64,000 bases of DNA, taken from the IMG/VR virus record IMGVR_UViG_3300035698_035359, positions 26,260-90,259 of that record. One strand, 5' to 3'. A program made the position numbers and the translations under genes. Source of the stretch: a virus. This document shows, piece by piece, positions 37,701 through 47,219 of this stretch. Position 1 is the first letter of the stretch, and each line of letters opens with the position of its first letter. The notes below the pieces were generated by a model. The model was not told where the DNA came from. It saw only the letters and a program-made list of their open reading frames with translations, and searched no databases.

Positions 37701-37900
37701 TAGCAAAAGATTATTTGAGAGAATATGTGAAAGAACATACTAAAAGACAAGTTAATGTTATTTTTTCTCCATATCTAAAAGTAGGTCAGACAGTGCTTTT
37801 AACAGATACATATAATAATGCTAACGAAAATTATTTTATCGAAGCTGTAAATAATAATTCGGGAAATTTCTCATTAACCTTGGCGAGATATCCTGCCTAG
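34751..37900 (+). CDS. baseplate hub / tail tip protein with discoidin-like insert
   Basis: SASATFTLDN, ITITCLDY, IIDLGATKNI...ARYIKI, SPYLKVGQTV...YFIEAV. Confidence 0.75.
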   Translation: MAKALTQTIQNMITVKDIQGTYIFEINDVVFTSSVISYNISYDKDFGSASATFTLDNNASAFGSGGASEIKIGDKIELIEDYTGDSTNWKSFYGEVVQRTINKNSSNRTITITCLDYINKLKNYDIDLEVEGTKVEVTNEVLTPNYLASPNEDLAQLYDFVNDAIATNPMPVIMIEDTYNSTEDPQFDGFEVYYPTGQLKLGTPLNAKNNYNVKVRSYYYYTHGVYGEDILEEILTQVDGYGNYLFGETSAQDVIDNHLTTTYEAEEGTGETDTLTPNTSTSTITIETTLASSVSAGATSVVLTSGSGFPTSGSGTINGDTFTWTGKSTNTLTGVPATGGNALKAHNSGDYAEYESTYVAGKVWSLTYSNLVTTLVSGNFTVPGATIDYVDKRYGRIILDTAISLLATVTCDINYSLKTLQATGIELNGIKFKPRELDNAFDAIEKLRKYLAPNYIIRTQGDDKIWASYLTQKTIADYTLNLMQKIDYMDDEDIYTRVSFYGKNADPTDLMFGDDVDFVTTGENYKALASQNTLTFDSEEGNYYVYKSSLGSAGYIDLEDIKPIVYINNVAIDNKSHQMVALPVVVEVNNRSETRSGCHGTSKENYTKITQYYWYNIYFSHMNIEPTEPIYIYNSTGSLIVTISANDGNMDYANGIWRAPGDQRNSTLESISTATYTVFYSDESLVIDYNNVLFKIAKSIIPDRTKASVSATYEYWYIMTPVENIASIVDGRWDTQVQTEFFAEPTTGYNYAIIDLGATKNIQTIDLVAGFFKPDTIRKYDVDIRFTLHSSTDNITYTAISDATHNVKLTGGEAATFSEEDLGTSFTARYIKIILESVKKIDFRDGVWPVAFTEIAAYDNIIVNSQATLIVTNELNGALSGGESTVTVLDTTGFDSSGTAYLNAGGTSGNTDDAFTYTGKTSTTFTGCSGVQAQSDDATVAQTLETDTTLYDHLYLLPSLGDRLYKDVRISDETLYTQTQLDDLAKDYLREYVKEHTKRQVNVIFSPYLKVGQTVLLTDTYNNANENYFIEAVNNNSGNFSLTLARYPA

Positions 37901-37918
37901 AAATAAGGAACAAATAAT

Positions 37919-38380
37919 ATGAGACCAATGACTAATGCTATTAGAAATAAAATAAGCGTATATCGTAAGAACAAGATTGATATATCGGAACTAATCAAAG
38001 ATGTTGAAATAAGAGGAGAAAACCTTTCTTATGCTATAATAAAAGATTTTTATAGAGTTAAAACAGATATATCAAATTGTAACTTTTCCAATGCTATTAT
38101 AGGAGAAGAAAACAAAGTTACAATGATGTCAAATACTAATATGAAAAATTGTGTTTTTAAAAGCACTAAATTTTTGGGTAAAATTATTATGAGAAGATGT
38201 GATGCAAGAGGTAGTAATTTTACAGAAACTTTTATGCCGAATATAGCTTATGAATATAGTGATTTTAGAGGTTGTAATTTTTGTAGTTGTATATTTAGAA
38301 TAGGAAGTAGAGAAGGATTAGGAGCTATATTTGATAAAAAATTATGGGTTGATTTAACAAAGGGATGGGTAATTAAATAA
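37919..38380 (+). CDS. pentapeptide repeat protein
   Basis: ENLSY, CNFSNAII, CVFKSTKF, CDARGSNFTETFM, SDFRGCNFCSCIF. Confidence 0.8.
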   Translation: MRPMTNAIRNKISVYRKNKIDISELIKDVEIRGENLSYAIIKDFYRVKTDISNCNFSNAIIGEENKVTMMSNTNMKNCVFKSTKFLGKIIMRRCDARGSNFTETFMPNIAYEYSDFRGCNFCSCIFRIGSREGLGAIFDKKLWVDLTKGWVIK

Positions 38381-38395
38381 CAGTAAGGAGTAGAT

Positions 38396-38566
38396 ATGAA
38401 TATCGGAGATATAAGAAAAGAATTGGATGAAAAAGTTAAACATGGAAACAAATTAGCTAACGCAAAAGTTCAAGTAGATGCTGAGTTACAGCGAGTAGAA
38501 GGACAAATAATATTGTTACAAGATATGATAAAAAGGGAAGAAAATAAAGAAAGCGGAACTAAGTAA
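38396..38566 (+). CDS. small coiled-coil protein
   Basis: AAGGAG SD; LQRVEGQIILLQDM. Confidence 0.55.
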   Translation: MNIGDIRKELDEKVKHGNKLANAKVQVDAELQRVEGQIILLQDMIKREENKESGTK

Positions 38567-38574
38567 TAATTTTA

Positions 38575-41500
38575 ATGAATACTTATAAAACTTTGTTTAC
38601 ACAAGTAAATGAATTAATAGGCAAAAATGCTAATTTCAATACTACACAAAAATATGAAAAGCAACTTTCTCATGTTTCTGTGCAACCTCTTTCTGGCAAT
38701 CCTTTATCAGATGCGAGCAGTGCTGAATTAATTACTACTATAAACACTTTATTAAAGGATGCGATTGCTCCTTGGATAGCTAGTGGCTTGGTAGTAGATG
38801 CAACTGACCCTATTACTAATCAAATAACTATTAGCGCAGGAACAGGTTCGGTTGGTGCTAGAAAATTTACATTAGCTTCTAATACTACAATAACTATTCC
38901 ATTTGATTCAGTAACTACTTTGTTTTATGTTAATTTATATCAAGATAGAGTAATGCTTGATAAAGCACCTAGTATTGAAAAAATACAATTAGCCCAAATA
39001 ATAGTACCAAAGCCAGGAACTACTAATAAAGTTAGAGATATACAGAGTTTTGATGAACCATATGATGCATATTTACAAAATGCAAATGAATTTAAGTTTT
39101 ATGGTGATGGAAATGGGAATTTATCAGATGATAGTACTGATATAATTGAACGAGCTATTTTTCCAATTTCAGCAGATAATATAGTTGGTGGACTAAAATT
39201 AAATGAAGATGTAAAAATCACAAACACTTCTGGAAGTATTGAAATAGATAGTTTAGGGATTAATCTATATGATGTAGATAGTAATGTTATGGCTAAATTT
39301 AATCGTAGAGGAACTTTCTTTTATAATACTGATGGCGTTGAAATGGCTCGCTTTACAACAGATGACGCTAGAATAGGAAACATTTTAATAACTAAAAATT
39401 CAGTTGAATCGGCAGATTTTGTAACGGGTTCAGCAGGATTCCAAATACAAGATGATGGTTCTGCGGAGTTCAATGACGTAATCGTAAGAGGAACTATTTA
39501 TGCTTCTGCAGGTAAAATAGCTAATTGGACAATAGAAACTAATCAGCTATCTAGTGGTAATATGACTATTAATTCTATAACAGGAATAGATTTTAATTCT
39601 GTTTTTACTGTTGACCAAGATGGTGCTATTGGTGCTACTAGTGGGTCAATTGGAGGATGGTCTTTGCTATCTGATAGATTTTACGGTGGTTCAGGTAGTA
39701 GTTATATTGGTTTAATTCCTGGAACTGGTATCCAATTAGGAAATGAAATATTTGGCTCTGCACCTTTTAGAGTTACAAACGCTGGTGCTGTAACTGCTAT
39801 AAGTGGAGCCATAGGTGGATGGACATTAGCTTCTGATAGATTGTCTTATGGTACAGATGATGATTATATAGGTTTAATTCCAGGCGTAGGTATTCAATTA
39901 GGTGATTCTGTTTTTGCTGATGCAGAATTTAGCGTCACAAATGCAGGAGTATTAAAAGCTGTAAGCGGAACAGTAGGTGCTTGGACATTAGATACAGATA
40001 GATTATATGGAGGTTCAGGTTCTGCATATATTGGTTTAATTCCTGGCACTGGATTATATCTTGGTAGCGAAGCTTTTGGCTCTGCTCCATTTTCAGTAAC
40101 AAGTGCAGGAGTATTGAAAGCTGTTAGTGGTTTAATAGGTAACTGGACTATTTCTACTGACAGATTATCTGGCGGTACAGGTTCTTCTTATATAGGATTA
40201 TTACCAGGAACTGGTATGTATTTAGGTGCTGAAGCACTTGGTTCAGCTCCCTTCAGTGTTACAAATGCAGGATATTTATCCAGTATAAGTGGTAGAATTG
40301 GTGGTTGGTATATTGATGCTACAACTTTGGCTAGTGATTCAGATACAGATAGCGCAAATATTTTAGTAGACCAAGCAAATGGATTATTAAGAGTAGGAAG
40401 CAATGTAAGTGGTTCTGCTTCTTATATTACAATAGATGGTGCAAATAAAAGAATGGAATCTTCTGATTTTGTATCAGGTGTTTTAGGTTCTGGTTGGAGA
40501 ATAGACACAGATATAGCAGAGTTCCAAAATATAAGAGCAAGGGGAAAGATTACTACTGCTGTATTTGAGAAAGATGCTGTTTCTACAGTTGGTGGTAGTT
40601 TGATGACATTAGATTCCGATATTTTAGATACTGATATGACTGCTCTAGATTCATCTACTTTAACTATATTAGGTGACACAACTTTTGATGTGGGAGATAT
40701 TTTATTTATTAATGATGGCACTGATGAAGAATGGTTAGAAGTTACAAATACTACTTCAGGTTCAGATACTTATACAGTTACAAGAGATAAAAAAGGTTCT
40801 TATGCAACAGATAGCAATCCTATTTGGAAAAAAGGCACAGCAGTAGCTAATTATGGAGTAAGTGGTGAAGGAGGAGTTTTAATTACTGCCTCAGAAACAA
40901 ATTCACCTTATGTAGATGTATTTACTCACGATGGTAGTCCTTGGGATGGTGTAACTGTTAAATGTAGATTAGGAAATTTAGCTGGAATTAATCCATACTA
41001 TGGTTATGGTTTATATGCTGCAAACAATTTTATAATTGGTGACATTACAAGTGAGAACTATATAGCTTATGTTGATGGGGTTATGTCAATTCAAGGTGAT
41101 TTAATATTAGGTGGTGGTTCTTTACCTCCAGATGATGTATCTTATTTTACTGTAGAACAAGATGAAGACTTTTTAGTATTTACTTGGACACCTGTTCTCA
41201 ATGTAGATTTAAAAGGATATGAAATTAGACTTGGTGAAGAATGGAATAAAGCTTTTCCAATAGATACTGTAATTGCGGGAAGTGGATATATGTTTAGATT
41301 TTTTGGTTTGGGACTTCTAAAATTCCACATAAAAGCAATAGACTTTGCAGGTAATTATTCAGATAATGCAACATCAGTTTCAATAATTATTACAAGAAGA
41401 CCTGGCAAAAATGCAGCTTATATTAATTATGAGTGGGGTAAAATGGATACCCCTCTTGAAGGATTTATGACTGAAAATATGCAAAAATTTTGGAGTACTC

Positions 41501-42168
41501 TATATGATTCTTCTTATAACCGAATTGCATTAATGGCTAAAAGCACCAATCGTTGGGATACTTGGGATATGGATTGGACTACTGCTGAAGAAGGAGAATA
41601 TGAATGGGATTTCCCAATAGGTGAAGGTGGAGGAACTACTTGGATTTATGATATAAAACCAATAGATTTTGGAGGATTAATTAAGGTTAGTCACTTAGTC
41701 CAATTAGAATATTTTAGATACCAACAATATTCTACTGATGATTATAGCGCAATAGCTCAAGATAGACAAAGTGCTGATGGGATAACTTGGGGCGATTGGA
41801 AATTATATAATCCAGGATTTATTACAGCTAGATATTGGGATTTTAGATTTGTTATTGTTGAAGCAGTAGGGAATCTAGGATATAATGGAGATAGTTTTTT
41901 TAATAGTGTTTCTTTATTTGATGTTCCTGATGTAGTAGATAGCAGTCAAGCAGTGGACATTGCAGATAGTGGAACTGCTGTAGCATTTACTAGAGGATTT
42001 ATTACTACACCAAAATTATTTATAACCCCTTATAAAGCAAATACTCCTTTATGTATTGTAATGGATAAAGCAGATATTTCTAATACTGGTTTCACTTTAA
42101 AATTGAGAGACCCAGAAGCAGCAGCCTATGTTGCTGGAGAAATTGATTGGAAAGCAGAGGGATACTAA
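38575..42168 (+). CDS. central tail fibre/spike protein
   Basis: GFQIQDDGSAEFNDVIVRGTI, IGGW repeats, FN3-like DLKGYEIR...IKAIDFAGNYS, C-terminal H-lectin-like module. Confidence 0.8.
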   Translation: MNTYKTLFTQVNELIGKNANFNTTQKYEKQLSHVSVQPLSGNPLSDASSAELITTINTLLKDAIAPWIASGLVVDATDPITNQITISAGTGSVGARKFTLASNTTITIPFDSVTTLFYVNLYQDRVMLDKAPSIEKIQLAQIIVPKPGTTNKVRDIQSFDEPYDAYLQNANEFKFYGDGNGNLSDDSTDIIERAIFPISADNIVGGLKLNEDVKITNTSGSIEIDSLGINLYDVDSNVMAKFNRRGTFFYNTDGVEMARFTTDDARIGNILITKNSVESADFVTGSAGFQIQDDGSAEFNDVIVRGTIYASAGKIANWTIETNQLSSGNMTINSITGIDFNSVFTVDQDGAIGATSGSIGGWSLLSDRFYGGSGSSYIGLIPGTGIQLGNEIFGSAPFRVTNAGAVTAISGAIGGWTLASDRLSYGTDDDYIGLIPGVGIQLGDSVFADAEFSVTNAGVLKAVSGTVGAWTLDTDRLYGGSGSAYIGLIPGTGLYLGSEAFGSAPFSVTSAGVLKAVSGLIGNWTISTDRLSGGTGSSYIGLLPGTGMYLGAEALGSAPFSVTNAGYLSSISGRIGGWYIDATTLASDSDTDSANILVDQANGLLRVGSNVSGSASYITIDGANKRMESSDFVSGVLGSGWRIDTDIAEFQNIRARGKITTAVFEKDAVSTVGGSLMTLDSDILDTDMTALDSSTLTILGDTTFDVGDILFINDGTDEEWLEVTNTTSGSDTYTVTRDKKGSYATDSNPIWKKGTAVANYGVSGEGGVLITASETNSPYVDVFTHDGSPWDGVTVKCRLGNLAGINPYYGYGLYAANNFIIGDITSENYIAYVDGVMSIQGDLILGGGSLPPDDVSYFTVEQDEDFLVFTWTPVLNVDLKGYEIRLGEEWNKAFPIDTVIAGSGYMFRFFGLGLLKFHIKAIDFAGNYSDNATSVSIIITRRPGKNAAYINYEWGKMDTPLEGFMTENMQKFWSTLYDSSYNRIALMAKSTNRWDTWDMDWTTAEEGEYEWDFPIGEGGGTTWIYDIKPIDFGGLIKVSHLVQLEYFRYQQYSTDDYSAIAQDRQSADGITWGDWKLYNPGFITARYWDFRFVIVEAVGNLGYNGDSFFNSVSLFDVPDVVDSSQAVDIADSGTAVAFTRGFITTPKLFITPYKANTPLCIVMDKADISNTGFTLKLRDPEAAAYVAGEIDWKAEGY
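39658..40305 (+). repeat. four tandem 162-bp (54-aa) repeats inside the tail fibre
   Basis: Trp codons at 39658, 39820, 39982, 40144, 40306; unit W...DR..GGSGS.YIGLIPGTG..LG...GSAPFSVTNAG. Confidence 0.9.
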
Positions 42169-42305
42169 TGAAAACACATAATAGAATTACTAATGCAATA
42201 AAAGTAGACTTTTATAAATATAAAGTAGATAAAAATGGCAAAATAATAGTTACAGAAAAAATAGAAAGACATAAGAAAAGTAAGAAAAAGGATGGTAAAA
42301 AATAA
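42168..42305 (+). CDS. 45-aa basic peptide
   Basis: TAATG coupling at both ends. Confidence 0.45.
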   Translation: MKTHNRITNAIKVDFYKYKVDKNGKIIVTEKIERHKKSKKKDGKK

Positions 42306-44761
42306 TGGCACTTATAACGGAAATAACAAAATCATATTTTGATAGATTTATGCCTAGACCAAGAGATGGATTTAGCTCTGCAAATATGAGAAATCAATAT
42401 ATTGCATTAGCATCTGGAGACTTTCTTCCATTTAGAGCAATGTGTCAATTAGTAGTTGAAAGCCACGATTATGGAAGCGATATTGCAGCATCTGGAGTTT
42501 ATTCTGGAACAGGAGTTACAGTAACTACTAACAAAGCTAGTCAATATGAAGGATTGGCTTGTTTAGAATGCACAATAGATGGCACAGGAAATAGAACTGC
42601 AGCAAGAGCAGCATTAGGTACTGTAATAGATATATCTGATTTTACAATGCTAGGAATATGGGCTAGATGTGATACAACTTCTTCTGCTATACAATTTTAT
42701 TTGAAGGATGGTTCTGCCAATGAAAGTTATTGGGACATTACTACCAACGGAACAGCAGATACTTGGGAACAAGCTGCTTTAACTTTAGCTTCCCCAGATT
42801 CTAATAATGGTACACCAGCGGTTTTAACTGATATAGAATCTTATGGATATAAAGGATTAGATGCTTCTGTTGTTTATTTATTTGACGAGATACTTGCTCA
42901 TATTTGGGCGATGAAAGTTTATATGACACAATCTTACATTGGAGATTATTTCTATCCTTTTTATGACGGTACAACTAGAATAAGTTATGCAGGTGGATTA
43001 ACTGGGACAATTACTGCTCCATCTGTTAATCCTAGGTTAGATTTAATTAGTTATAATCCAGGTGCTGGAACAATTACAGTAACAAGTGGTAGTGAAGTTG
43101 CTGCACCTGTCTTTTCTGATATACCTGCAGTTCCTGCGGATGAGATACCTTTATATGCCGTATATGTTCCTACAACTGCTACAAAAATAGTAGAATATCA
43201 CGACAAATCCAACTACCCTACCGATGGATATATTTATGCGGATTTAAGACCACTATATGAAATGTCTGCTACAGAACCAGGTGCTAATAAAGCTCTTAGC
43301 AATCTTTCTTCAGTGGCGATAAATACTTCTTTGCTACCTGCTGCAGCAGATACACATAGTTTAGGTTCGGTAGATAAAGAATGGTTAAGTCTTTATATTG
43401 GTGATGCAGGAAAGATATATTTAGGTTTAGGGCAAGATGTCTCAATAGAAAGAAGTGCAGCTAATGAAATGACAATAACAGCTACTTCTGGTGTAACTTT
43501 AGCAGATTGCGGTGTTCTAGATGCAGATGGCATAGACTTAGTTACAGGGAATGATTATCAAATTAATAATGTATCTGTACTCAATGCAACTACGCTAGGT
43601 GCTACAGTATTAGCTTCCTCATTAACTTCGCTTGGCACAATAGCTTCCTTAGTAGCAACCACAGCAGACATTAATGCAGGAACATTTGACGGTATAGTAG
43701 GTGGTACAACACCAGCTGATGGGTCATTCTCTACTTTAAGTGCTACTGGAGATGTCACTCTAACTACTCACCTTGTAGGTGGAGATGGCACTACTAACCC
43801 TACTAACCTATTAACCAATGGTAACTTTGAACTATGGTCGGCAGGGACTTCTTCTGCTCCTGATGGGTGGACTTTGACAAATGGTAGTGTAGCGAGAGAA
43901 GGAACTATTATTAAAACAGGGACATACTCTGCCGCTTTAACAAGAGCTGGGGCAAATGCTACTATCAGGCAAAGGATAGATGAAGAAAAAGGAATAGATT
44001 ATTACAAGGGAAGATTAGTAACTTATAGTTGTTGGGTATATGCTACCGTTGCAGACAGAGCAAGATTAAACATTGAAGATGCGGGAACCGCTGATAACTA
44101 TTCATCTTATCATACAGGAAACTCAAGCTGGCAGTTGCTAACAGTTACAACTACAATAGGGTCTGGTTCTTCTATGATAACTTGTTACTGTAATGTAAGT
44201 ACAGGCGACACAACAGCCTACTTTGACGGAGCTATGTTAGTAGAAGGTGCTATGCCTTATGCTTTCTCTCCTCGCCCAGTTCAACCACAAGACACTCCAG
44301 ACTTAAATGGTATCAAATTCCCCGCCACTCAATCAGCCTCAGCAGACGCTAACACTTTAGATGATTATGAGGAAGGGACTTGGACGCCTGTTTTAAGTTT
44401 AGCTACTGCTGGGGATAGTGCCCAAAGTAGTCAATATGGTAGTTATGTAAAAATAGGTAATAGGGTATTTATTACTGGTAATGTTACTATTGTAAAGGGG
44501 ACAGGAACAGGAACATTAACTCTGACAGGATTACCATTTACAAATAAAAATGTAGCAGATAATTGGGCAGCACTTACTATTAATTGGTATGGTGGAGGGA
44601 ATGCTAATGAAATACCGATAGCTTTGGTTGATGTTAACAGCAATGTAGTTTCTTTACAGATGCAATCGTTGGCTTCAGGTGGCACATATTCCGCTATGGA
44701 TAATACTGATTTAGCTGCTGCTTTTGCAACAGCAAGAATATCAGGGCATTATCTGGTGTAA
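42305..44761 (+). CDS. tail fibre / receptor-binding protein with carbohydrate-binding-like modules
   Basis: NPRLDLI, ANKALSNL, NLLTNGNFELW...YFDGAMLVEG (CBM-like), LDDYEEGTWTP...YVKIGNRV. Confidence 0.8.
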   Translation: MALITEITKSYFDRFMPRPRDGFSSANMRNQYIALASGDFLPFRAMCQLVVESHDYGSDIAASGVYSGTGVTVTTNKASQYEGLACLECTIDGTGNRTAARAALGTVIDISDFTMLGIWARCDTTSSAIQFYLKDGSANESYWDITTNGTADTWEQAALTLASPDSNNGTPAVLTDIESYGYKGLDASVVYLFDEILAHIWAMKVYMTQSYIGDYFYPFYDGTTRISYAGGLTGTITAPSVNPRLDLISYNPGAGTITVTSGSEVAAPVFSDIPAVPADEIPLYAVYVPTTATKIVEYHDKSNYPTDGYIYADLRPLYEMSATEPGANKALSNLSSVAINTSLLPAAADTHSLGSVDKEWLSLYIGDAGKIYLGLGQDVSIERSAANEMTITATSGVTLADCGVLDADGIDLVTGNDYQINNVSVLNATTLGATVLASSLTSLGTIASLVATTADINAGTFDGIVGGTTPADGSFSTLSATGDVTLTTHLVGGDGTTNPTNLLTNGNFELWSAGTSSAPDGWTLTNGSVAREGTIIKTGTYSAALTRAGANATIRQRIDEEKGIDYYKGRLVTYSCWVYATVADRARLNIEDAGTADNYSSYHTGNSSWQLLTVTTTIGSGSSMITCYCNVSTGDTTAYFDGAMLVEGAMPYAFSPRPVQPQDTPDLNGIKFPATQSASADANTLDDYEEGTWTPVLSLATAGDSAQSSQYGSYVKIGNRVFITGNVTIVKGTGTGTLTLTGLPFTNKNVADNWAALTINWYGGGNANEIPIALVDVNSNVVSLQMQSLASGGTYSAMDNTDLAAAFATARISGHYLV

Positions 44762-44868
44762 AGGAGAAATCCAATGAACCAAAATGATAAGAGTATGAAC
44801 AACAGAGCAATCAAGCAGAAGTTGTTTGACCTACTCAAACAGGCTATAAGGCTGATCGGAGCGTTTAA

Positions 44869-45360
44869 ATGTTGAACCCTGAATGGGCAATGGCAACAGG
44901 CTCTTGGAATCACTTTGCTATTGTTAGAAACGGAAACAATGGATATCTTTATGTTAATGGTGTTCAAGGTCAAACTTGGGACGTAACAGGATTAAGTATA
45001 GATTCAGAAGGTTCTGGATTATGTATAGGACGACCTTACGGCAATGTTGATAATTATTATTTAGATGGTTGGATAGATGAAATTAGACTATCAAAAGGCG
45101 TTGCACGTTGGACAGCTGCCTTTACACCACCAACATACGCATATGTATCTACTTTCGAAGTTACGCCTAACATAACAAGTGCTAATGCATTTCAGGCGAT
45201 TGCATGGGATATTTCTGCAATAGGAGATTATAATAAAGATGCAATAGATAAAATTATAGCAACTGTAGTTAATGCCGATGCTGCTAATACTTTTTATATA
45301 GATAATATGTATGCAGTTCTTGGTGGTAGTAATGTAATCTTTTTTGGGAATAATTTTTAA
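44869..45360 (+). pseudogene. N-terminally truncated LamG/concanavalin-like virion gene
   Basis: starts mid-domain at WNHFAIVR...LYVNG...GWIDEIRLSKGVARW; in-frame TAA immediately upstream. Confidence 0.6.
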
Positions 45361-45374
45361 ACGGAGAAAACAAA

Positions 45375-46670
45375 ATGACAATATATCGGAACAATTCCAA
45401 TCTTCCAAATTCTACTAAAATAGATAATAACAATGAAATGATTTTAGAATTAGAAGGCTTAGTGCAAAGTGGAAGGTTTAATAAAAGTGAACTTGACCAA
45501 ATTTATGCTATTTTAAATCTTGATAGGAAATTCCTTCGTGACCAAGGTATAGGTAACACTATTACTACACGCACAGGTTGGTCACACATTAAGGAGGAAA
45601 CTGGGTATTCTATATGGCGTTTTCTACCTACTAGATATTCTTATAATTCTTTAAATAATCTCTATTTTAATAGTGCAGTCCTCGAAAATCGTGGCGAAGC
45701 TTCAAGTGAAACTGCTGAAACTTTTGATTCTGTTCAATTATATAATGGTGATAGTGGCGCAGGTTACACTGATGATACTACAGAAGCTGGAACAGAGGGT
45801 GGAACAGAGTTTGATTTGCTAGATTCAACTAATGACTATCTTTATATTGGTGACGCAACAACTTTTACTGGTATAAAATTTGAGTTTCATACAAGAGGTA
45901 GCAATAATACATTAAAAGTAGAATATTGGAATGGAGCGTGGACAGAAGTAACAGCTAATAGTGATACTTTAGATGATGATACTTCTGACTTTGAAAGTGA
46001 TGGAAAAATATCTTGGGATGCTTTATCAGACTGGGCTACAACTACTGTTAATAGTGTAACAAAATATTGGATAAGAATATCTACAACTACAACGCCAGTT
46101 ACAACAGCTAAAGGGTATTATATAATTCCTTATAATAGCGTACCTGCTTTACTTGCTTTATCTTCTACTCAAATACAAGAAGAAGATTGGGCTTGGTGTT
46201 CTTATAGCACTGCAATATATGTTACTGTAAGAAATTCAGGGAATGCTTCTTATGAGGGTGATTATTTTATAGATTCCGCTAGCACTTCTACAAATTTAGA
46301 AAATTTCTTTGTTCACAATAACGGAGATGGCTATGAAGCAGACTATGAAGATAGTGGATATGACCCAGTGCAAGCGGTTAGTTCCGCAACATCACTAACT
46401 GTAGATGATGGAGTAGTATTAGTAGATGCTTCAAATGTTCCTAGTGGTAGCAATTATATTGTAATTACATTGCCTAGCGCAGTTGCTATTGAAGGAAAAA
46501 GATTAACTATTAAAGTTCTAACAACAGAATCAGGTAATGCAGGCGTTCAAATAGATGGGGAAAGTGGAGAAACTATTGATGGGATTGCTACATATGAAAT
46601 GATAGTAGATTATGATTATGTTACTGTCATAAGTAATGGAGCAAGTTGGAATATCATAAGTAAATCATAA
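45375..46670 (+). CDS. virion structural protein
   Basis: NDYLYIG...VEYWNG.W...YWIRI domain; C-terminal ITLP.A...ETIDG...V.SNG..W fibre-tip module. Confidence 0.75.
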   Translation: MTIYRNNSNLPNSTKIDNNNEMILELEGLVQSGRFNKSELDQIYAILNLDRKFLRDQGIGNTITTRTGWSHIKEETGYSIWRFLPTRYSYNSLNNLYFNSAVLENRGEASSETAETFDSVQLYNGDSGAGYTDDTTEAGTEGGTEFDLLDSTNDYLYIGDATTFTGIKFEFHTRGSNNTLKVEYWNGAWTEVTANSDTLDDDTSDFESDGKISWDALSDWATTTVNSVTKYWIRISTTTTPVTTAKGYYIIPYNSVPALLALSSTQIQEEDWAWCSYSTAIYVTVRNSGNASYEGDYFIDSASTSTNLENFFVHNNGDGYEADYEDSGYDPVQAVSSATSLTVDDGVVLVDASNVPSGSNYIVITLPSAVAIEGKRLTIKVLTTESGNAGVQIDGESGETIDGIATYEMIVDYDYVTVISNGASWNIISKS

Positions 46671-47206
46671 TGCTAGTATTACTAAACTTATTACTATTAT
46701 TAATAATTACAGTATCTTGTGGATTATTGGGTTCTTATGCTGGTGCAGATAAAACCTGGAAGGGTTGGCGTAGATATATAATGCCTATTCTTTTAACTAT
46801 ATTAGCTATCGCAGTATTACAATGGTGGTGTGTATTAATACTATTAATAATAATTCCCTTAACAATGGGATATGGAATACCCGATTCGGGAGATGATGGA
46901 AGTACTTTAGGTAGGTTTTTCTGGAAGTTATTTAATAAGAATGAATTTTTAGCTAATTTTGCTACAAGGGGAATGTTATCAGTTTTAGAATGGATTCCTT
47001 TTATTATTATACCAATTCTTTTTGGTAACTTTATATTATATTTTATATTAGGGATTATTTTTATAGTGAACACTTTGATATGGTCTGTTTTTGTTAAAAA
47101 TGAGGGTATGTTCACATTCTTAAATAGAAATTTGGGATGGGAGGAATTTTATATTTGGAGTGGTTATGGGTTCTGTGCTGGAGTTTTAATATTATTTAAT
47201 AGATAG
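46670..47206 (+). CDS. polytopic membrane protein
   Basis: five to six hydrophobic segments, WRRYIMP, MGYGIPD. Confidence 0.7.
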   Translation: MLVLLNLLLLLIITVSCGLLGSYAGADKTWKGWRRYIMPILLTILAIAVLQWWCVLILLIIIPLTMGYGIPDSGDDGSTLGRFFWKLFNKNEFLANFATRGMLSVLEWIPFIIIPILFGNFILYFILGIIFIVNTLIWSVFVKNEGMFTFLNRNLGWEEFYIWSGYGFCAGVLILFNR

Positions 47207-47219
47207 GAGTGATACAATA

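Noticed and set aside
42305-46670. Diversity-generating retroelement or invertible tail-fibre cassette
   Set aside because: No reverse transcriptase, invertase, TR/VR pair or inverted fibre copy is visible in the window.
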